A stretch of 32,000 bases of DNA from Candidatus Saccharimonadota bacterium (GTDB lineage: Bacteria > Pseudomonadota > Gammaproteobacteria > Enterobacterales > Enterobacteriaceae), in the NCBI GenBank assembly GCA_045690015.1, contig CP145877.1, positions 358,576 to 390,575 on the forward strand, read 5' to 3'. The translations under genes and the position numbers were made by a program. Of the stretch, positions 20,138 to 27,161 are shown one piece after another (position 1 is the stretch's first letter; the number at the start of each line of letters is the position of its first letter). Under the pieces are notes generated by a model. It saw nothing but the letters and a program-made list of their open reading frames with translations. It did not search any database and was not told the origin of the DNA.

Positions 20138-20203
20138 CGTAATAAGTTATTATTAATTGGGCAGAAAGTATAATAAATCTTAAAGAAGAATATCAAACTT
20201 TTT

Positions 20204-20643
20204 ATGAAAATAGTAGTAATGTAAGAAGCATAAATACAAAAGATTCTAGCTTCATTTAAACATCCTACATTAGTAACTAATCTCTTACCCGAATATTAAT
20301 AATAATTGCTTTTAGTTTATTTATAATACTTTTTGCATGGAACAGTGCATTTAAAGAACTTGAAAAAGCTTTATGGTATAGATTTCTATAATAGACACGA
20401 CACGTGTTCTGGAAATTACTATATCAATATAAAATAATTAGCCATTAGCCGTATAGCTGCTATGAAACAAACGTTATTGCAGTAATTTGTGTCAAGGAAC
20501 GAGTTGTAAACTCAAGTATAGCAATTAATATTTGGTCTTTGCCTTTGAGTTACTGATATATCACTACTAGGACTAGCTATTTTGATGTTCTGCTCATTGC
20601 CTTGATTGTTGATCATAAAGAAATAAATAGAATAGAGGTGTAA
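20204..20643 (+). pseudogene. apbC: Eroded remnant of apbC/mrp (Fe-S cluster carrier ATPase)
   Basis: It is divergent from metG as in E. coli. Frame 2 reads ...IQKILASFKHPTLVTNLLPEY* (E. coli TLANFQHPTLKHNLTTL). After a frameshift, frame 1 reads WNSAFKELEKALWYRFL**TRHVFWKLLYQYKIISH*PYSCYETNVIAVICVKERVVNSSIAINIWSLPLSY* (E. coli WHSAFEALKEQCSAELLRITGAKAIDWKLSHN...VKNIIAVSSGKGGVGKSSTAVNLALALA). There are multiple in-frame stops, and the 3' two thirds of the gene is missing. Confidence 0.7.
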
Positions 20644-20774
20644 AAATTGACAATAAATATCAAAATATGATCTGCAAAAATTTAATTAATTAGCAGCAAG
20701 TATTTTATTTTTGCAGTGTAATTAGATTGGAAAAAGTTAAATATTTTCAACATGCAGTAGTTTTATATGAAGAT

Positions 20775-22103
20775 CTAAATTGGTGAATGGGGAAAAAGAT
20801 TAAGTATTAATAATGCAAAATCAAGATCAAGGTTGGTGGGAATGGGTATCCAAACTAAATGACCATCACCAGGCGCTATAGTTATGGACTGCGATTTATT
20901 ATTTTCCATGAATCTCACCCGTAAATTAACATTTCTTTGTGGGGAAATAATTTGGACACTATCACCTTTATAAAATTTGTTTTTTACGGCTATTTGTGCT
21001 AATTCTCCTCGCCGTTCTCCAGTAAATTCGCCTACCAGCTTTTGTTTATTAGATACAGAATGACTATAGTAATAATTTTGTAGATCATCAGGATGATGAC
21101 GAGATAAAAAACCTTCAGTATACCCTCGATGCGACAAGCCGTTTAACATTTCTAATAAAAAATGATTAAATGGTTTTCCAGCGATTGCATCATCAATGGC
21201 ATTACGATAAATTTGTGTTGTCCGAGCACAATAATAAAATGATTTAGTTCTTCCTTCTATTTTAAATGAATGTATACCTATTTTAATTAAACGTTCTACA
21301 TGTCTTATCGCTCGTAAGTCTTTGGAATTAAAAATATAAGTTCCATGTTCATCTTCAAAAGACGTCATATACTCTTCTTTAGGATGAATATCTGAAGATT
21401 CCGTTTGCGTTTGTTTTATTAAAAATAATTTATTATTAGTTTTAGATGGATTAGAAATAATGATATTACCTATTTCATCTTCTTTTCCTTCTTGAACTTT
21501 ATATTTCCAACGACAATTATTGGTACATGCTCCTTGATTAGAATCTCTTTTATTAATATAGGTAGATAATAAACATCGTCCTGAATATGCCATGCAAATC
21601 GCACCATGAACAAAAACCTCTAATTCAATCTCCGGAACACGTTCATGTATCTGTTCAATTTCTTCGAGAGAAAGTTCTCGTGATAATATAATACGTTTTA
21701 AACCCATTTTATGCCAAAATGAGACGGTAGCCCAATTTACTGCATTGGCTTGTACTGATAAGTGAATAGGAATAGTAGGAAAAGAATCTTGGATCAACAT
21801 TATCACTCCCGGATCTGAAACGATTAAAGCATCGGGTTTGAGATCAATAATAGATTTTAAATCCTTAATTAAGGTTTTTATTTTTGAATTATGTGGACTA
21901 ATATTTATTACAATATAAAATTTTTTTTTCTGAATATGAGCTTCATTAATACCCATTTCTAAGTTTTTATAACTAAATTCATTATTACGTACGCGTAAAC
22001 TATAACGTGGAGGTCCTGCATAAACTGCATCTGCACCATAAGCAAAACAATAACGCATATTTTTTAATGTGCCAGCAGGAGAAAGTAGTTCAGGCTTTAA
22101 CAT
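20775..22103 (-). CDS. yegQ: Peptidase U32 family protein YegQ (TrhP, implicated in tRNA U34 hydroxylation)
   Basis: 442-aa ORF. MLKPELLSPAGTLKNMRYCFAYGADAVYAGPPRYSLRVRNNEF...LSVQANAVNWATV...FEDEHGTYIFNSKDLRAI...KIEGRTKSFYYCART is nearly collinear with E. coli YegQ. Confidence 0.93.
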   Translation of the reverse strand: MLKPELLSPAGTLKNMRYCFAYGADAVYAGPPRYSLRVRNNEFSYKNLEMGINEAHIQKKKFYIVINISPHNSKIKTLIKDLKSIIDLKPDALIVSDPGVIMLIQDSFPTIPIHLSVQANAVNWATVSFWHKMGLKRIILSRELSLEEIEQIHERVPEIELEVFVHGAICMAYSGRCLLSTYINKRDSNQGACTNNCRWKYKVQEGKEDEIGNIIISNPSKTNNKLFLIKQTQTESSDIHPKEEYMTSFEDEHGTYIFNSKDLRAIRHVERLIKIGIHSFKIEGRTKSFYYCARTTQIYRNAIDDAIAGKPFNHFLLEMLNGLSHRGYTEGFLSRHHPDDLQNYYYSHSVSNKQKLVGEFTGERRGELAQIAVKNKFYKGDSVQIISPQRNVNLRVRFMENNKSQSITIAPGDGHLVWIPIPTNLDLDFALLILNLFPHSPI

Positions 22104-22525
22104 TTAATGCTTATTATCTCAATATAATTAATTATTAATTAATATTTTATTCTTTATATGGTTGTATGTATATAAAAATATGGTGATTATGTAGATCTAA
22201 TAATTAAAAAAACGATTGATTATCTATAAACAGTACTGTTTAGATATAATCACATTATATCTCAATTGATTTTATTTATACTTTAAAAATGATTATAATC
22301 AACCATATTAAAATAATATGTTGCTATTTATATAGTACGAAATTTATAATAAAATACTAATTAATTTTTCTAGCAGTTGAAATTCACCAATCAAATAACA
22401 ATATAATTATTATGAGTTTTGGCTTACTTTAACAGTAAATTGACAAAAAATAGTTATATTCAATAAAAATAAAATTTATTAGCTATAACAATTGGATTTT
22501 TATCATGTATTTGAGGATAAAATTT

Positions 22526-23428
22526 ATGATGAGACGTCTTGCCCTCTTTATAATAACAAATATTAGTGTAATGTTGATAATTGGAGTGCTTCTCACTATT
22601 ACTGGTATTAAATCTAGTAGTGTTCTAGCACTTATGGTGTTAGCTGGAGTCACAGGTTTTGGAGGAGCATTAATTTCACTTTTTTTGTCAAAAAAAATCG
22701 CTTTGATGTCAGTAGGTGGAAAAATTATTACCAAACCCTGTGATGAAATCCAACAATGGCTTATAGAAACAATTTCAAAACAGGCAAAAAAAATGCGTAT
22801 TGGTATGCCTAAAGTAGCAATCTATCCTGCAACAGATATTAATGCTTTTGCTACTGGGGCTCGTCGTGATGATTCATTAATTGCAGTATCTGCAGGTTTA
22901 TTGAAAGATATGACTAAAGAAGAAGTAGAAGCAGTTTTAGCACATGAGATGAGTCATATTGCTAATGGTGATATGGTTACGATGACTTTACTTCAAGGTA
23001 TAGCAAATACTTTTGTATTCTTTATTTCTCGTATATTAGCTCAATTTATTTCGGGATTGCTCTCAGCAAATCGTAATTATAATTCTACTTCTACGCTATA
23101 TTTTGTGACCGCGGCTGTTTCTGCATTACAAACAGCAATTGGAATTCTTTCTAGTATTATTATCATGTGGTTTTCACGTAAACGTGAATTCTATGCGGAT
23201 GCGGGTGCAGCTAGATTAGTAGGACGTGATAAAATGATTGCGGCTTTACAACGTCTAAAAAGTAGTATTGAACTACCAAAAGAAATCAGTACTATAAGAC
23301 CTTTTTGTATTAATGGCAATGGTAGTAAGAAGAGGAAGAGGACTGCTGCAGTAAGTATGCTTTTTAATTCCCATCCCTCTCTAGAACAACGTATTAAGGC
23401 ACTACGTACTTTAAAATACCTAAAATAG
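22526..23428 (+). CDS. htpX: Membrane zinc metalloprotease HtpX
   Basis: Homology starts at MMRRLALFIITNISVM (E. coli MMRIALFLLTNLAVM), so I use ATG 22526, with GAGGA 8 nt upstream, rather than 22505. The HEMSHIANGDMVTMTL zinc motif and FSRKREFYADAG are conserved. Confidence 0.94.
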   Translation: MMRRLALFIITNISVMLIIGVLLTITGIKSSSVLALMVLAGVTGFGGALISLFLSKKIALMSVGGKIITKPCDEIQQWLIETISKQAKKMRIGMPKVAIYPATDINAFATGARRDDSLIAVSAGLLKDMTKEEVEAVLAHEMSHIANGDMVTMTLLQGIANTFVFFISRILAQFISGLLSANRNYNSTSTLYFVTAAVSALQTAIGILSSIIIMWFSRKREFYADAGAARLVGRDKMIAALQRLKSSIELPKEISTIRPFCINGNGSKKRKRTAAVSMLFNSHPSLEQRIKALRTLKYLK

Positions 23429-23470
23429 TATTAGGTTAGGATTTTTTTATTATAGAATTAGTTAGCAGTA

Positions 23471-24202
23471 ATGCGAATTTTAGCGATTGATACATCCACT
23501 GATGTATGTTCAGTAGCATTATTTAATAATGGAGAAATAACATCAGTGTTAAAATATTGTCCAAAAAACCATGCTCAATCTATTTTACCTATGATACAAA
23601 AGCTTATCAGTGAAGCAGGAATTTGCTTAAATCAACTTGAGGTTTTAGCATATAATCGTGGTCCCGGTAGTTTTACGGGATTACGTATTGGAATGGGCAT
23701 AGTTCAAGGAATTGGATTGGCATTAGATTTACCTCTGATTGGAATATCTTCATTAGCTATAGTAGCAGAAGGTGCTTGGCATCTAACTGGAATTCCCAGA
23801 GTTTTAGTTGCACTTGATGCTTATATGGGAGAAATATATTGGGGAGAATATCAACGTACAAATGCTTCATATTCTAGTTGGAATGGAATTAAAACCGAGA
23901 CAGTACTTAAACCATTAGCAGTAGAATCTAAAATATCTAATCTGAATGGAATATGGTGTTTAGCTGGAAATGGATGGCATACTTATCAAGAATTAAAAGA
24001 TATAAAAAGATTATATATATCTAGCCCAATAAGTATACCTATAGCAAAAAATATATTATCTTTAGCTAGAGCTGCATTTAAAGAAGGAAAGATTTTTTCG
24101 GCTGAGTGTAGTATTGAGCCATATTATATGCGTAATGATCTGTCATGGCAACCCAAAGAAAATAAAATGAAAATTTTTCCAGATCCAGAGAAAGACGCTT
24201 GA
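23471..24202 (+). CDS. tsaB: tRNA t6A37 biosynthesis protein TsaB (YeaZ)
   Basis: 243-aa ORF. MRILAIDTSTDVCSVAL...LAYNRGPGSFTGLRIGMGIVQG...GEIYWGEYQR parallels E. coli YeaZ. Confidence 0.93.
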   Translation: MRILAIDTSTDVCSVALFNNGEITSVLKYCPKNHAQSILPMIQKLISEAGICLNQLEVLAYNRGPGSFTGLRIGMGIVQGIGLALDLPLIGISSLAIVAEGAWHLTGIPRVLVALDAYMGEIYWGEYQRTNASYSSWNGIKTETVLKPLAVESKISNLNGIWCLAGNGWHTYQELKDIKRLYISSPISIPIAKNILSLARAAFKEGKIFSAECSIEPYYMRNDLSWQPKENKMKIFPDPEKDA

Positions 24203-24296
24203 TTGACTTTAGTAGATTAAAAATACAATTGGTATTGATGAGATAGATGGATGAGTTGAGTAAAGCTATGTTTTAATTAATTTAATTTCAGGTAAA

Positions 24297-24743
24297 CTAC
24301 GTTAAATTTATTAATTTATCTTCTAGTATAAAACGTGAAGCTAGAGCTTCTCCTACTTCAGACAAAGCTTTTTGAAAATGTAGATAATTATCATCGTTAA
24401 TAGTAACACATAAATATATGTCATATAATTTCATTATTAATTGAGTATTCTTTTGTAATGCAAAGAAAATTTTTGCGATAAAAAACTTTTTTGATTTAGA
24501 CAGTGGACTTTTAAGGTTTTCTAATAGACGTCTATAAAGATAGAAATGTCCATATGATAAATAATCTAATAAATGTGAGCAAAAAAGAATTAAGGCAGTT
24601 TCATCAATGGCTTGAAATATTTCTTGGTGAGGTTTAAAACCAATAATCTTATAATAAGCAATTAGTAGTTCTTTACGTGGTTTTAATAAAGTATTTAAAA
24701 GATAATTATTAAGAGTCTCATTATTTTGTAACTGATTTAGCAT
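24297..24743 (-). CDS. rsd: Regulator of sigma D (anti-sigma70 factor Rsd)
   Basis: MLNQLQNN...RKELLIAYYKIIGFKP...LDYLSYGHFYLYRRLL...NDDNYLHFQKALSEVGEALASRFILEDKLI parallels E. coli Rsd (MLNQLDNL...VDYLSAGHFSIYERIL...[30 protein letters not shown]). I place the start at ATG 24743, with GGAG 6 nt upstream; the ORF track starts 4 codons earlier. Confidence 0.88.
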   Translation of the reverse strand: MLNQLQNNETLNNYLLNTLLKPRKELLIAYYKIIGFKPHQEIFQAIDETALILFCSHLLDYLSYGHFYLYRRLLENLKSPLSKSKKFFIAKIFFALQKNTQLIMKLYDIYLCVTINDDNYLHFQKALSEVGEALASRFILEDKLINLT

Positions 24744-25145
24744 ATTGAACTCCATAATATATAAAAATTATTAATTTATAATTATTGCACTGAATTCAAA
24801 AAAGAGAATTAAATTCAGTTTGAAAAAAACGAGAGTACAAATTACTCGTATGTAAGATGGTATTTATGAAGTAATAAGTCTATGATATGATAATCTATTT
24901 TTTTTTGACTTTTATTTGAATATAAGATATAGAAAAAGCGATGATTTAAAGTAATGAGATGTTATTCAATATTTGAATAAAATCAAGAAACTTATTGATT
25001 AACATAAATATGAATATTTAGCATATTCAAAGCTAAAAAGAGATTTTTATATAAAATATTTAAATTTGATTTCTAATTTTCTACAGTAGAGTAACTCTAG
25101 ATTAAATTTGCTAACATAACATATATAATGTAAGGATAATATATT

Positions 25146-25418
25146 ATGAATAAAACTCAACTTATTGAAAGAATAGCCGAAAAATCAGATTTGTCTAAAT
25201 CCCAAGCAAAAATTGCATTAGAATCTACTCTAGCTTCTATTACAGAATGTCTTAAAGCGGGTGAAATGGTACAAATAATTGGTTTTGGTACATTTAAAGT
25301 AAATCATCGTGCTGAACGAATAGGACGTAATCCTCAAACTGGTCAAGAGATTAAAATAGCTGCTACTAACGTTCCTGCCTTTGTCTCGGGAAAATTTTTA
25401 AAGGAAGCAGTAAAATAA
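25146..25418 (+). CDS. hupA: DNA-binding protein HU-alpha
   Basis: 90-aa [86 protein letters not shown] is about 80% identical to E. coli HupA as I recall it. Confidence 0.96.
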   Translation: MNKTQLIERIAEKSDLSKSQAKIALESTLASITECLKAGEMVQIIGFGTFKVNHRAERIGRNPQTGQEIKIAATNVPAFVSGKFLKEAVK

Positions 25419-25458
25419 GTAGAGTAGGAGTAGTAATAAAAATTAATTGGATTAGGTA

Positions 25459-25500
25459 AGGGGTGGATTGATTTAATTTCATCCGCCCCTCTATTTAATT
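25459..25500 (+). terminator. Rho-independent terminator after hupA
   Basis: 10-bp GC-rich stem AGGGGTGGAT (25459-25468) / ATCCGCCCCT (25481-25490, one G-U pair) with a 12-nt loop, followed by the T-rich CTATTTAATTTT. It is a GC island in AT-rich spacer DNA. Confidence 0.75.
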
Positions 25501-25597
25501 TTAAATTACTATCTCTCTGAATACTTGTTTTCTTCTTAGAAGATCATCTCTCTTAATAATTATAGCAATTTAATGAATATTAATCTACTGGTCTTGT

Positions 25598-26206
25598 ATG
25601 AAAATAACAAAATATTTCATATTATTAGGTATGTTTTTGATAAATACCATGGTTATTGCTGCTCCATTTATTAATGGAGAAGATTATATTACACTTAATA
25701 AACCGGTGTTTGGACTTCCTCCGGTAGTAGAATTTTTCTCTTTTTTCTGTCCTCATTGTTATCAATTTGAATTGATGTTTCATCAAAACGAAAAATTATC
25801 TACATTTAAAACTTTTAAATATCATGTAGATATTTCAAAGGGAAAAATTCTAACTCAAGCATGGAGTATCTCCATAGCTTTAGGAATAGAAAAGAGTGCT
25901 ATTTTACCAATATTTGAAACAGTTATTAGAAATAACCTTATGGTTTCTGCGGATGATGTTGCTAAAGTTTTTAATAATTTAGGTATCTCAATGAGAGATT
26001 ATTATTATTTATGGAATAGTTTAAGCGTAAGATTATTGACTTTCAAACAAGAACAATCAGCAAAAAGTTTTCCAATAACAAGTGTTCCCACAATAGTTGT
26101 AGATGGAAAATATCTCATTAAAAATGAAGCAATAAAAGGATCTTCTATTTATAAAAAGTTGCAACAATATAGTAAAATAGTTAATTATCTTCATAAGATA
26201 CCATAA
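25598..26206 (+). CDS. dsbA: Periplasmic thiol:disulfide oxidoreductase DsbA
   Basis: 202-aa ORF with an N-terminal signal-like segment. VVEFFSFFCPHCYQFE contains the CPHC active site, and the cis-Pro region VPTIVVDGKY is present. It lies upstream of polA as in E. coli. Confidence 0.93.
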   Translation: MKITKYFILLGMFLINTMVIAAPFINGEDYITLNKPVFGLPPVVEFFSFFCPHCYQFELMFHQNEKLSTFKTFKYHVDISKGKILTQAWSISIALGIEKSAILPIFETVIRNNLMVSADDVAKVFNNLGISMRDYYYLWNSLSVRLLTFKQEQSAKSFPITSVPTIVVDGKYLIKNEAIKGSSIYKKLQQYSKIVNYLHKIP

Positions 26207-26232
26207 ACTATAATATTTTCGGAATTTATGCT

Positions 26233-27138
26233 ATGGATATTTCATCCCATATTACTAATCCAGTTTTTTTAATAGATGGTACTTATTTTTTTTATAAAGC
26301 TTATTATGCGTTGCCTGCTTTAACTAACAGTATGGGAGAACCTACGGGTGCAATTTATGGAGTATTGAACATGCTTAATAATTTATTACAAGTTTATAAT
26401 CCTAAGTATATGTTAGTAGTTTTTGACGCTTCTAAAAATACTTTTAGACATAAATTGTTTACTGAGTATAAGTCACACAGATTACCCATGCCTTACGGTT
26501 TACAGCTGCAAATAGAACCCTTATATAGTATCATTAAAGCTTTGGGAATACCTATATGGGTGGCTTCTAAAGAAGTAGAAGCAGATGATATTATTGGTAG
26601 CTTAGCAAAACATATAGAACAGCAAGGAGGAAAAGTTTTTATAGAGAGCAATGATAAAGATATAGCGCAACTCGTTACATCAAATATTATACTAATAAAT
26701 ACAAGCAATAATACGGTTATGGGACCGTCAGAAGTAGTGTATAAATATGGAGTACCACCAAATTTAATTATTGATCTTATAGCTTTAATGGGAGATAGTT
26801 CAGATAATATTCCTGGAGTTCCTGGAATAGGAATAAAAACTGCACAAAAGTTATTAACTTATATAGGTAATGTTAATGAGATTTTTTCTAATCTAGCTAA
26901 AATATCACAACTATCTCTTCCAGGTGTTAAATCTTTAATATCTAGGTTACAAAAGTATAAATCAATGGTATTTCTTTATCGTCTTCTTGCTACTATAAAA
27001 ACTAATCTTAAGATTAAAATGCATTATGATGAATTAATCATAACTAAACCACATAGGGAAGAATTGTTAAGACTGTGTGAACGTTATGAATTAAAAAAAT
27101 GGATTCATAAGATCAAAACAACTTCCATAAACTTCTAA
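26233..27138 (+). CDS. polA: DNA polymerase I, 5'-3' exonuclease (FEN) domain as a stand-alone ORF
   Basis: 301-aa ORF collinear with E. coli Pol I residues 1 to about 300. The acidic active-site residues are retained (LIDGTYF, VVFDA, EVEADDIIG, NDKDIAQL, GDSSDNIPGVPGIG). It ends at TAA 27136-27138 within the interdomain linker. Confidence 0.9.
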   Translation: MDISSHITNPVFLIDGTYFFYKAYYALPALTNSMGEPTGAIYGVLNMLNNLLQVYNPKYMLVVFDASKNTFRHKLFTEYKSHRLPMPYGLQLQIEPLYSIIKALGIPIWVASKEVEADDIIGSLAKHIEQQGGKVFIESNDKDIAQLVTSNIILINTSNNTVMGPSEVVYKYGVPPNLIIDLIALMGDSSDNIPGVPGIGIKTAQKLLTYIGNVNEIFSNLAKISQLSLPGVKSLISRLQKYKSMVFLYRLLATIKTNLKIKMHYDELIITKPHREELLRLCERYELKKWIHKIKTTSINF

Positions 27139-27161
27139 AAAATCTCTTAATAAAAAAGTTT

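Noticed and set aside
20672-20716. 10-bp inverted repeat CTGCAAAAAT...ATTTTTGCAG downstream of yegQ, at the position where E. coli has the sRNA gene cyaR
   Set aside because: The minus-strand sequence CTGCAAAAATAAAATACTTGCTGCTA faintly resembles the CyaR 5' end (GCUGAAAAACAUAACCCAUAAAAUGCUAGCUG). However, the C-rich seed (ACCACCUCC) and the GC-rich terminator are absent. The 25-nt loop and A/U-rich stem also make a poor terminator. At most this is a weak yegQ terminator or a fossil.
22376-22404. GTTGAAA-N14-AACAATAT as a sigma32 promoter for htpX
   Set aside because: The -10 region lacks the C-run and matches only the AT part of the consensus. It is too weak to call.
22483-22734. 83-aa minus-strand ORF overlapping the htpX 5' end; also 26493-26708 (-) inside polA
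   Set aside because: Both are antisense to conserved coding sequence, with no independent support.
24790-24820. Hairpin ACTGAATT-15 nt-AATTCAGT in the rsd-hupA spacer
   Set aside because: It is an A/T-rich 8-bp stem with a large loop in a divergent promoter region. It has no functional context and could easily arise by chance.
27111-27135. Possibility that the two polA ORFs are joined by programmed -1 frameshifting or poly(A) transcriptional slippage
   Set aside because: The downstream frame is open only from 27111, so a switch would have to occur within 27111-27135 (GATCAAAACAACTTCCATAAACTTC). That stretch has no X-XXY-YYZ slippery heptamer and no A-run longer than 4. The 6-7 nt A-runs nearby (27093-27099, 27137-27142, 27152-27157) lie outside the permissive window. 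Recoding therefore seems unlikely, though sequencing error is not excluded.
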